34,299 nucleotides of DNA from Geosiphon pyriformis uo1 (taxonomy: Eukaryota > Fungi > Glomeromycota), in contig JAAOMT010000597.1 in the NCBI GenBank assembly GCA_016748015.1, positions 747,460 through 781,758 on the forward strand. The letters are read 5' to 3'. The notes below the pieces were generated by a model. The model saw nothing but the letters and a program-made list of their open reading frames with translations. It did no database searches and was not told the origin of the DNA. Below, piece after piece: positions 11,491 through 23,016 of this stretch. The position numbers and the translations under genes are program-made. Numbering within the stretch: the first letter of the stretch is position 1; the number at the start of each line of letters is the position of its first letter.

Positions 11491-14169
11491 TTTTAAACAA
11501 GCTTAATTGAAAATTTAAATAATTTTATATTAAAAACTCTTAAAATTAAAAATTATTATTAACAATATATATAAAATATTTTGGCTTTTTTGAATCTTGA
11601 AGCTTCAATTGTTTTTTGAATATTATATTCAAACAAAACTATTCAATTTTATTAATTAAGGATCTTGCGATTTTCAAATTTAAATGATTAATAAACATAT
11701 TACATATGAAACAGTAATATATAAATTTATTTGTGCGAAATTAAATTAAAAATTATTATTACTCATTATTATTTTTCTTCTTGTGAAATTATTTTTGTTA
11801 ATCAAATTATTATTTGGCAAACAAAAACAGTATTTATAAAATCAAATTAATTGATTATAGTTATTAAACTAATAAATAATTACAGTTATTTTAACGACAA
11901 CTAAACAAATTATAACCAATATTTTATACTTTATTAACTTGAAAAAATTACAATCTTTATTTGGATAATTTATAAACCTTTAAGTCAGATATATTAAGAT
12001 ATCACTAAAAATTTGGCAAATTTCCAATTTATATATTAAAAAAAAGCTAAATTATCAAAAATATGTATCAATATTGATTTATTCACTAATAACAATTAAT
12101 TCTTATTTATTATTATTATTTTCTAATAGTGTTGTTCTAAGTTTCAAGCATAATCTATTATAATCGAAAATATGTTATTTTTTAATTTTTTTAATTTTAT
12201 CTAGTTTTAATATAATTAATTAACATAAATTAATAATATAGTATTAATAATAAAGATTAAACTAATAAATTTACAATTATGTAATACATTATCAGATAAT
12301 AAATCAACAAAAAAATTGATAATTTTTAGCCAAAATTAATATTTATTACTAATTACAAGAAAACAATTTCAACAAACTAAACAAAAGTAGTAAGATTATT
12401 TAATAATTCTAATGTTAAATTTTAATTAAATTTGTTTAAATAAAATATTTAATGATAAAATTATTTCTAATAATTAGTTTTATGTTTTTAAGTTTTGTAT
12501 AAGCTTTATTTTAATTAAGTATAATCTTATCAAGTTTTACATTGTTTTTACTTTTAAAAATTAAACTAGAGATTTGATTTATGTATTTTGTACATGTAAG
12601 CAACTATCCAAATCTAAGTTAATAAATATTTATCTATCTTTAATACCAAAAATTTCTAATACTTCTATTTTACCAAAATAGTTTTTAAACACCAAATTAT
12701 TATGGATATGCTTTTACATCTATTTTTCATTGTTTTCTTACAAAGCATAATCTTCTTTTTTAGTTATAATCTATACATTATAATTAAACACTATTAGTAT
12801 TAAAATAAGTCTTTCTTTTATATTTAAACTAATTACAGTTTTTAAATAAAGTATTAAACATTTAAAAATATGTTTAATCTGATTTTTAAAAAAAATAAAA
12901 TGTTTTTCTATATTTATAATTAAATTTTATTTAAGCAGGCAAAAATTGAGTCATTAATTAGCATAAAATTACTCTTATAATTCCTATTATTAATTAACAT
13001 AAAATAGTGTTTACCCATTATATAGTTAATAATCTGATTTATATGATACACAAGTATAACTAAATTTAATGATCAAATCATGCAATATTTCAAATTATAT
13101 AACATATAAAATTTGTTGAAATATTTAGAAGTTCAATAAAATATTCAATAGTTTACCAAAATAACTTTAAGTTTGCTAAAAAAATATATATAAAGAAGAG
13201 ATTTTCTTTTCGAGAAAATATATTTTAGTTCAGTTTAAAAGCAATTAGTTATTACTAAATAATAAAATAAATCTTTATTTGAAAAATTAAAAACCAATTC
13301 ATAATTATTCTCTTTGAATTAAAAATTCTCAATTAATACTCTAAAATTGATTAGCTACCAATTTTAGCAAACCAAAATTGGTTTTTTTACAGGTTTGTAG
13401 AAAAATGTTTTTTGTCTAACAATAATTATTATTATTATTATTATTATTATTAATTTATTTTCTTATATTATTAAAGAGCCTACAATCGAGATTTTTTTTA
13501 ATTAAGTTTATTGGCATAGAATTAGTCATTCTATTATAAATTTAACAGCATATACAGTTCAAAATATAGAGAAATACTTTGGAAATAAATAGTTTATTAG
13601 AGGTTTTATAGATTTTATTAACAATAGAATTAGCAGTAAAATTGGCATTAACAATATTGAAGAAAATGACTAAAATTTTTGATAATAGCAGCCACAAAAA
13701 AAGTGATTAAATTTACCGAAAATTAAGTTTTATAGCAAACAAAATTTATAACAAACAAATTCTAAATTTATATATTTTATTAAAAAAATTATTAAAAAAA
13801 CTAAACAATATTAAAAGAACAACAACTTTAACATAAGATATTGAACTAAAAAATTAACTAACAATAACTTTGAATATTACAAAAGTTTTAAAAAACTGTT
13901 TTAAAAGACCAGAAAAAACAGCTTTTAATTAAAAACTAGGTAATTTAAACTCTAATATTTTTAAAAATACTAATATTCAAAAAATTTCTATCAAATAAAA
14001 CTTTTATGTAAAATACTAGTTTTAATAATTGTCTTATTAAAAGTTTTTTTAAATCTAAAGATGGCAATAATAAATTATTAAATAATATTTGATATTAAAA
14101 AATTAAAAAATAAAACAAGTTTGATTATCAACTTAAAAAACTAAATTACTAATTTCAAAAACTATAAAG

Positions 14170-14375
14170 TTAGTATTATGAACTATGTAAACTAACAAAG
14201 AAAACAATAGCAAATTAAGTTTAAAAACAAAAAAATAATATAAAACAGTTAAATCACAACTAATATTAATTTGATTAAAAAACTGGATTAAATCCAACTG
14301 TTCTTTTTATTTATATTTAAAAAGTAGTAAACTAATTACTAACCAAATTAGTAAGCTAACTCATAAATGTTTTAA
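14170..14375 (+). repeat. Diverged direct repeat, copy 1 (copy 2 at about 16530-16735)
   Basis: 14275-14365 aligns with 16631-16718 (ttaaaaaactRgatta...tttttatttatatttaaaaa...taaaYtaatt..taacYaaattaRtaaRctaaYtYata). Differences are mostly transitions. Confidence 0.75.
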
Positions 14376-14418
14376 ATTTTTTTAATTATTTATTTTCGCA
14401 TAATATTTTTTTTCAAAT

Positions 14419-14549
14419 AATATTCTCGGGTGGCTGGTCACATGTAGCAAATGCGTGATTCACGTCTAATTTAGAACTCTAGATAGTTGTATCGTATTAG
14501 ATAGTGATTGGGCCTCGCTCGTAAATGCAAAGAAAAAAAAAATATTCTC
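14419..14549 (+). mobile_element. 113-bp retro-insertion (LINE 3' tail or SINE-like) with poly(A) and 9-bp target-site duplication
   Basis: TSD aatattctc at 14419-14427 and 14541-14549. The body 14428-14540 ends in gcaaagaaaaaaaa and is homologous to the LINE 3' UTR at 10836-10930. Confidence 0.8.
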
Positions 14550-16529
14550 TCAACAGATTGGATTTGTTTAAGTATTAAGTATAAAGTACTTGAATTAAGT
14601 TGTAGATATTTGTTATATTCTTTGCGAATTTCCAAATATTTTATTTGTCTTCTAATTTAAAATTTTGTCAACTTTAAACTTAATACTATTTTCAAGTTTA
14701 ATAAATAGAGATAATTTTTTTATTTGCTCAACTAAGTTTAAATTATAACAAAATTTTTATAAAAAATGTGAAGAACTTTATGAATTCTAAAATAGACTAG
14801 CAGTTTAACTTGTAAATTACAAAGTTAATCTAATAAGTTATGTAAAATAAATTAAGCTTTTTATAATTTAATTAATTTAAAATTAAGTTGTTTTAATAGT
14901 GTATTACAAAAATTAAACTTAATCTATTTTAAATTTGAATGCTTTTTAATAAAATTTATTTATTCTCTTGCATTTATTAATACTATTTTTGAATTTTTAA
15001 CAAAATTCAAAATAATAAATAAATTTATTTTCAATTTTTTCAGATATTTATAAAAGTTTTTAGCTTCAAAAAATTCTAAATTAAACCAATTAGAAGTATT
15101 TTATTTTTTATTAAGTTAATAAAACAATTATATAAATAGTATTTTAACAATAAATTAGCGTGTTTTTATTAAATATGTTAGCTATTTTTTATAATTGACT
15201 AATAATTTACAATTATTATAAAATTTTGACTTTTATTAATACATTAAAAACAGTTTTAATAAACACAACTTTTTTAGAATCTTTTGATTAATAGATATTG
15301 ATAATTCTAAATATATTAGAAAATATAATAATATATATTTTCTAATCAATTAATAAATTATGCAATTGCAGTCAAAATAATTTAAAAACAACAACATATA
15401 TAAATTTTTATTAATATTACAAGTAATTTTTTTAATGATTAACAATAGTAAAAATTATTTATTAAATTTTCTGTTTAATATTTTCTGAAAAAATAAGATG
15501 TTTATTAATGACTGTTAATAACATAGGATAGTGTTTTATAATGAATATAATATTATGTTAATTTACAAAATTTTTATTTATAAAGTAAAAAAGTAGTATT
15601 GAAATCAATTAGTGCTTTTATAATTATATTAATATTAAACTTAATAATTTGAATTTTAATAATATAATTAAATATATAGTTTTATTTTATTTGAACTTAA
15701 TTGTTTCTTAGCAAAACTGCTAAAATTTTATTAACTGCTTTTATTAAATAATAACAAACAATATAATTTAATTTTTTATAACATAAACAAAAATTATTAT
15801 TATACTAACAAGATTTTTTGGCTTTTATAAAAGATTTATAATAACTTATATTAATTTATATTAAGTTATTCTAAAAATAAAACTAATAATTTACTGTTTA
15901 TAAAAAATTAAGTAAATACAAAATTACTTATATAACTTTAAAAATATTATTTTTTATGATTTATAGTTAATTATTATAATTAACTATATTTTTAATAATT
16001 TTATTCAATATATTAGTATTTATTAAAGTTATTAACAAGTTTTGAACATTATTATGCAATTCAAAACAAAATTAATCATTTTTTTTCAATTAATATTATA
16101 CATAATTCTTAAAATTTTATAATATATATTACAATAATTCAATTTTTGTTAAAAATAACATAACTAATTAACCAAAATCTGAGTTTTGTATATATTTTAA
16201 AATTTTATTTTAAAATTTTTACAATAAAAACAATCTTTAATTAATAATACAAACTATATAAAAATTATATCTTTAAATAATATATTAATTAATATAATTT
16301 GATTTGTATTATTTGAATAATTATAAGATTAAAGTTAAATAATAATTTAAAACTAATTTATAAAATTTTAAAACTTAAAAGATTATTATTAAACTTCTTA
16401 AATAAATTATATTTATAAAAAAATATTTTTTAATTAAATATTTTTTTGTTAAATTATTTATAATATTTTAACAATTTAAGCAAGATTAGTTAATTTTAAA
16501 AACATATTAAGTAATGAAAAAACAGCAGA

Positions 16530-16735
16530 TTAAATTGTTATAAACTATATAAATTAGTAAAAAAAACTATAATAATTTAAATTTAAAAACAGAAAAAATA
16601 AAATAAAAAGTTAAATTATAATTAATCTGCTTAAAAAACTAGATTATATTCATTTGTTTTTTATTTATATTTAAAAAATATAAATTAATTGTTAACTAAA
16701 TTAATAAACTAATTTATACATATTCTAAATAGTTT
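16530..16735 (+). repeat. Diverged direct repeat, copy 2 (copy 1 at about 14170-14375)
   Basis: Same alignment as copy 1. This copy carries T or A at most of the transition differences. Confidence 0.75.
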
Positions 16736-18899
16736 TAATTAACAAAATAAAAAATTTTAATATTATACTTTATAATTAAAATTAATTAACAAGCAAAAAT
16801 AGTTTTAACAACTTAAAATATATTATAATTTATTATTACAAACCAATAAATTTTAACTTAATACTTAAAATTTATTAAAAATACATAAAATATTTTTGAT
16901 TTGTTAAAAAAAATGTTCATAAAAATATTATATAATACTATAACAACAAAAACAAAAACAAAAACCATAAAAGATTTTGTAATTTTAAGAAAAAAATTTA
17001 GCAAATTTAATTCTAATAGTAATATCTAAAAAACTTAAAATGTAAATTCTATATAAAAAACTTGATATTTTTTTAGCAATTAATTTTAAATCAATAAAAT
17101 TATAGAAAAACTAGAATGTTATCTTAATATTAACTTAACTTTTACAGTTTTATTAAACAGCAAAATAAAAATTATTTATTCAAAAAATTTTTAATAACTT
17201 GTAATTGTATTTTCTAAACATTATTAAAACCAACAGTGTTTTTAAAAGCAAAAAAAAAAAATTTAATTTTTATTTTATTAATCCAATTTTTAAAATTAAA
17301 TAACTTAATAAATTAATTTATTAAAATTATGTGTAAAAACATAATTAAAATTAACCAAAATTTAATTATATATTAATTCAAATTAGTTTTGGCAAATGTT
17401 TTATTACTATTATTATTTAAAATAAAAAAAAAGTTATTTTTTACAATCAAAACAAAATTAAATATCATAATTAATGCAGTTAAAATAGAATTGGTAAAAA
17501 CATTAAAAAACTAAAAAAAGCCAAAAAAAATTTGTTTGTCAACAGCTAAAAATTGTGTTTTTATTACTTAAAAAAAGCACTTTAAAAAAATGCTGTCTAG
17601 TTATTTTTATTTTTAAAAAAGCTTTTTTAGTGTTAATAGAAAAAAAAACTTGTTTTTTTTTACTTTTTGTTCTAAATATAATTATAAAAAGATTTTACTT
17701 TATTATTTTAAATAAATATCAATTTAAATAAATTACTATTTTTTCATTTATTTTATAAATTTATAGCTTTAATCTTAGCTAAATTAAAAATATGTTAATT
17801 GTATTGTTTAAGTTATTCTGAATTTAACTTTGTTGATTTTTATAGCTTTTCAAATATGAATAAATTATTAATAATTTTATCACTTAATTTTTAATTTTTA
17901 AAACTGTAAAAATACATTAACAAGTTTTGTAATTTGTTTTAAGAACTAAGTTTTAATAAGAATAATATTTTGAGATTTGTTATTTAAACTATATAATTGT
18001 ATTATCTAAGTTTAATGCTTAAATTTTTTATTAAATTGCAATTTTTTATTTCAGTAATTTACAATAATGAATTTGCTTTATTTTTTAAAATATTACTTAA
18101 TTTTATTTATATGTTTTCTGATTTTGCTATTTAGTAGTTTGTTATATCAATGTATATGTTTAAATTAAAATTAAAATTTTGAATTTATTTTGCTTGTTAA
18201 AATATTACAACCAAATTAAACAAACATTTCGTCTTTGTGTAAAATTAAATATATATATTTTTTATAATTAACATTAAATGTAGCATTTCTGAAGTTTGGA
18301 ATTTTTTTTGATTAATTTTAATGCAAAACAAAAAGTTGTTATTAACTGTAATATTATTTAATCCATTTAAAAATACAATGTTTTTAAAAAAATGATTACA
18401 ACAAAAAATATTTATTTGTGGTACAAAATTATTTTTTTATAAACTTATTATTGCAATAATTATATTAATAAAATTTGACTAAATAAGTAAAATATTTTTA
18501 ATTTTACACATATTGAATCATTTTTATTTGTTTTCAATATTTTCTAATTGGTTTTAGATAATTTATTTTGTTCAATAATCAATACTTGAATATTAATCAA
18601 AATTTTCCCAAAAATTGGTACATAAAATCTATTTTTTTATTAGTATTTAGTATTTTTTCAATTTTAATTAAATATAAAACTGATTTTGCATTTATTATTG
18701 GAAATAATTTAATTTTTTACTGAGCTATTGTTAAACTATTTTTTAAGACATATCATAATATAACCAAAAAATAAAATATATTCATTGAGAATTTATTCAT
18801 CTTTCATGATTGTAATTTAAAATTATAAATATAATTAATTACAATCCAATGTAATAATTATCATATTTGTAACCATATTTTATTATAACTATAATTATC

Positions 18900-20780
18900 A
18901 GATCTCAGTTTGTACATTTCATAATTGAAAATGTTTAAGTCATTTCAACAATTGTAGCGTTCCTTGAATCCTGCATAGTGACTATCAGTAACTGCGGATG
19001 TCATATTCCAATTAAGAAGAGTTAATCTCTTTCTAGAAATAAAATTGGAAATGAGTTCGACACTAAAAATGTCCTGCACTCAAAATGTACATTCCTCATC
19101 CTTTTTGTGTTAGAACTCATGCTGTAGATTGATTTAAGACTGATATGGTATTAGCTTCGAGTATTCTCATACCTTTCACAAAGATGTGTTGTCAGCATCA
19201 TTCCTTTACAGAATGGTTCCCAAATACCTACTTTATATGGATCATGAATCTAAATTTTCAACCTTAAATTAATAGTTGACTTTAACCAATCAAAATGCTA
19301 TCTGCATAAAATCAAAGCCATTTTATAAAACTTTGGCAGAGTACTATAAACCCTTTAAGGATGGGCTTTACTTAAAATAAATGATTCCTACAGACACCGT
19401 TTGAAATTTTAGGTTGCAATTGTATGAGTTAATTCTAAAGTACATCAAATTTTATTATTTTAAATATCTAGCTTGTTTATACTTAATGACTTCGAAGCCT
19501 TAAATCAACTATCTTTTGCATTTTTATCTTCCTTGCACCTTAGAAATAGCAACTCGCATTTCCTATACTAGGTAAAATCTATGGGAATTCAAAGAAGGAT
19601 CGACTTTCAAACAAGGGATATAAGCAATTTGAACAACACTGTTGTGGTATGGTCGCGATACAACAAGGCTGACATTTCTGCATTGAGAAAAAATAAAATC
19701 TTGGGGTTTTGGCTCGGTATCAAGATGCGTCCAAATAGCAGAGTTTTCCCGTACAATAAAGAGTTGCTTTTAAGCCCTTTTTTCTAACCCTAAGCAAAGT
19801 ATTAAAAGGTATTCAGTATTATTAAGAATAACTGATTCTAATTCGTATTCTGCTAAGAAATCTTCTGGAAGAATTTGTCCTGAATTCTCTTATCTCCTAA
19901 AAACTATTCAAACTCGTGCTGTTCAAGCTTTGGCGTAAAATTTTTAAAATTCTCAGTTTCGTAAAAATTTAAATTTAAATCTAATGTAACACACGGGATG
20001 TTGAAAATATTATTTCGGCAACTAGGCTTGCTGCATGTCTCAACTGACCAACAAGGTTTGGATTGTCAATGCATAAATGAGCGATTTAACCTGATCCGAA
20101 TTTCTATGATGCTATCAATGCAGTTGCACAAACTCTCTGATTAATGGCAGATTAATACAGGGGAAGCTCAGCAAACAACAATGCTAGTGTCCATTCTAAG
20201 TATGACTCGATATTTCTAAAATGTCAAAAAAGGTTCAACCAGATTTTGTTATTAGTTATGGTCCTTTTGAGATAACAAAGTGATAGTTGTTTACGAATGC
20301 AGGAAAATTAAAAAACTTATGAAGGTACAGGAATTGATTTTTAAAACAACGAATAGGGACTCTTGTTTAACTCTAATTTTAGCAAGGTCTTCTAAACTTA
20401 AGACTTTTTAGTATCAAAAAATTTTCGGCTTTACCATTTTAGAAATAAATTTTTCGCTCTTAGATCTTTAATTTGTTCAATAAATTTTGAAATTGTGAAA
20501 ATTGACATATTAATAGTTTGCCATATTTGGGATTTATTCTTCCAATTAACTCAACCGGCATTTAGCTATCTTGAAATTGAAATAAACCCTTGTTAATTAT
20601 TTCATAAGACAACACCAAACCTAATTAGATTTTAAATTCTGATGTGTCCAAGCTTATATTGAACTCATTAATTTCACTTATCTATTATCATCTAAAATTT
20701 TCAGCTCACAATTTGTATTTCCATAAAGATAATGAGGTTTTCAAAACGATTTATAGCTTGTGAATTTAAAGCATCTTCCA
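18900..20780 (-). pseudogene. Degenerate protein-coding relic of unknown family
   Basis: GC-elevated island. A minus frame at about 19880-19565 gives ~105 codons with one internal stop (ENSGQILPEDFLAEYELESVILNN...LFIVRENSAIWTHLDTEPKPQDFIFSQCRNVSLVVSRPYHNSVVQIAYIPCLKVDPSL). About 20220-19985 gives RNIESYLEWTLALLFAELPLY*...DNPNLVGQLRHAASLVAEIIF. A pyrimidine-rich, leader-like tract lies upstream on the minus strand (20950-21020). Confidence 0.4.
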
Positions 20781-21423
20781 TGTAGATGCTGTGATATAGA
20801 AACACTAATAATAAAATCTTTTTGTATGTGTGATGTAGATTCAATATATGTTCAAAAAGAAAAAATACAAAAAGAATGACATGAGATGGAAAGTTTGAGA
20901 AAAAAGTAGTGTACAGTAGAAAGATCGGTGCTTCTAATAGTATAAAGTAAGAAAAAAAGAAAATTTTTACAGTGTAAAAGAGCAAAGGAAAAGAAAAGAA
21001 AGAACGTAAGAAAGAGAAAGCAACTGTACAGGTAGATTGATTGGGATTATTTTCTAGTATTTAATTGCAAGTTTCTGTACTTCTATTTAAAAGGTTCAAT
21101 GCAAATTCTATTTAATGATGAAAGAACATGTGGTTCTATTGATGGGTATATAAAAGTTGGAAATATTCCAACTTGGGCAATTAAGTAGATAAATCACGTG
21201 ATGTTTCATCATGCGGAAAAGTAATTTTTGATTGGTGATGCAGGGGATTTGGTAAGAAAAACACTTGCCGAATAAAAATCCCCGAATCTAATACACCCAG
21301 GATATTATAAGAAAATTCTAACCGTAAATAGATTCTCAGAATTTTTAAAAATGTCAATATGAGTAACTTGTAGAAATTATCAGTGTCTTTGCTTTTAGGA
21401 TTGCCAAATACTTTTACTTGATT

Positions 21424-23016
21424 TTAACGCCAGATATCTTTAACAAATCGATTAAATTCATATTCTTCGGGAGATTGTGTTAAAGTAAAAGGGTATTCAC
21501 CATCAAGATCTAAAACCTTTTCCAAATCAACCATCGCTTCGGTATATTGTTTCAAACCATGATACACTTGTCCTCGTATAGCAAGAGCGATGACATTCAT
21601 GTCATCAACATGTAAAACCGCATTCAAGTCATTCAATGCTTCCTTATGGCGATCAAGCTGTCGATATACGGCGGCACGATCGCATAAAGCAGAGATGTCA
21701 GAGGAATTAAGACGTAATCGGCGATTCAGATCTAACAGAGCTTCGGCGTATCGATGTTGTTCTCGATAGACTTCACTTCGCATTTTGAGAGCTGATAAAT
21801 TTTTTGGATGACGTCTGAGAACTGTGTTTAAATCCGACAAGGCTTCATCATATCTTGAAAGTAGTGTGTAGATATCAGCACGAAGATTCAATGCTGAGCT
21901 ACTGGTTCTGGTTCTAATTGAAAGTACTTGATCCAAGTCAAGTAATGCCTCGTTATATCGGCCGAGCTTATACAAAACACCGGCACGAGTTTCGAGGGTT
22001 GTACCGCTTGTTGGTCTTTGTTTCAAAGCATTGTTTAAGTCTTCTAAAGCATCTTTGTAACTTCCTAATTTACAATAAACTTCACCACGATCACGCAAAG
22101 AATAGGCGTCATTTGGTTTCGCTTCCAAAGTTTGATTAAGATCTGTGAGGGCATCCTGGTATCGATTTTTTGTTCGGTAAATTTCACTACGTTCTTTCAA
22201 TGCATTGGCGTTTGTAGAATCTCGTGATAAAACACAATTTAGATCAGCCAGGGCTTCATCAATACGATTCAACTTACGAAAGGCAGCACTTCTAGTCTCA
22301 TAGGCACTTAAACTCTCTGGTCGAAGTTCTATTGATTTATTTAAATGCAATAGGGCATCTTCAAAATTTCCCAGTTTCATATTGATCTCTCCCAAACGTC
22401 GAAGAGCAAAAGCGCTATCAGGTTCAATTTCTAAAGATTTTGATAAATCTTCTGCTGCTTCTTGAAATAGGCCTAATTTTTGGTATACAGTTCCCCGACC
22501 ACGAAGTGCAAATGCATTATTCGGCTCAACAACTACTGCTTGGTTTAAATCAGCCAATGCTTTGTGATACTGATTCATCATTCGATAAATCTCTCCGCGA
22601 CCACGCAAGGCGAATGCATTATTGGGTTCTGACTTCAGGACGACGTTCAAATCATTGAGTGCCTCTTGATCTCGGTTCAACATACGATAAACCTCACCCC
22701 GATAAGCAAGTGCCGATACATTTTCGGGCTTGAGTGCAAGTAATTTTGTAAATTCAGATAAAGATAGTTTATAATTTCCTTGTTTTCGATAAACTTCAGC
22801 TCGAATTTGAATTGCTGCTGCGTGTTTAGGGTCAATATCGAGTGCTTTGTTAAGGGTTAAAAGGGCTTCATCAAACTGATGTTCTCGTCTAAGCTTCGCA
22901 CCACGAATTGTTAAGGAATTTACTTCTTCAGTTGGCGATGGATCACTACAAATTGGACATTTTTGATGATTTATGCATGGTTTGGGGATGGATTGTTTGT
23001 CAGAAGCGCTATTCAT
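21424..23016 (-). CDS. Tetratricopeptide repeat (TPR) protein, 530 aa, 14 tandem TPRs, intronless
   Basis: Fourteen consecutive ~34-aa repeats with consensus AxALxxRGEVYRxLxRYxEALxDLNxxLxxxPxN. No catalytic domain. The frame stays open for 33 codons upstream without an ATG, so a spliced 5' exon cannot be excluded. Confidence 0.95.
   Translation of the reverse strand: MNSASDKQSIPKPCINHQKCPICSDPSPTEEVNSLTIRGAKLRREHQFDEALLTLNKALDIDPKHAAAIQIRAEVYRKQGNYKLSLSEFTKLLALKPENVSALAYRGEVYRMLNRDQEALNDLNVVLKSEPNNAFALRGRGEIYRMMNQYHKALADLNQAVVVEPNNAFALRGRGTVYQKLGLFQEAAEDLSKSLEIEPDSAFALRRLGEINMKLGNFEDALLHLNKSIELRPESLSAYETRSAAFRKLNRIDEALADLNCVLSRDSTNANALKERSEIYRTKNRYQDALTDLNQTLEAKPNDAYSLRDRGEVYCKLGSYKDALEDLNNALKQRPTSGTTLETRAGVLYKLGRYNEALLDLDQVLSIRTRTSSSALNLRADIYTLLSRYDEALSDLNTVLRRHPKNLSALKMRSEVYREQHRYAEALLDLNRRLRLNSSDISALCDRAAVYRQLDRHKEALNDLNAVLHVDDMNVIALAIRGQVYHGLKQYTEAMVDLEKVLDLDGEYPFTLTQSPEEYEFNRFVKDIWR

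Larger units (their letters stand above)
11500..18850. repeat. Extreme-AT block, probably heavily mutated nested transposon relics
   Basis: About 7 kb with no ORF of 60 aa or more, almost no CpG, internal diverged repeats and sharp compositional borders. Element families cannot be read by eye. Confidence 0.6.

Noticed and set aside
11734-14400. TGCGAAA...TTTCGCA inverted termini
   Set aside because: Short, AT-rich extension and no TSD.
10836-14530. ~100-bp inverted repeats (10836-10930 and 14425-14530) as TIRs of a 3.7-kb DNA transposon
   Set aside because: Each copy has its own A-tail, one has its own TSD and the other is contiguous with LINE ORF2. They are independent retro-insertions in opposite orientation.
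11500-18850. Classical CpA-targeted RIP as the cause of AT richness
   Set aside because: CA/TG dinucleotides remain among the commonest C-containing ones; the bias is on the 5' neighbour.
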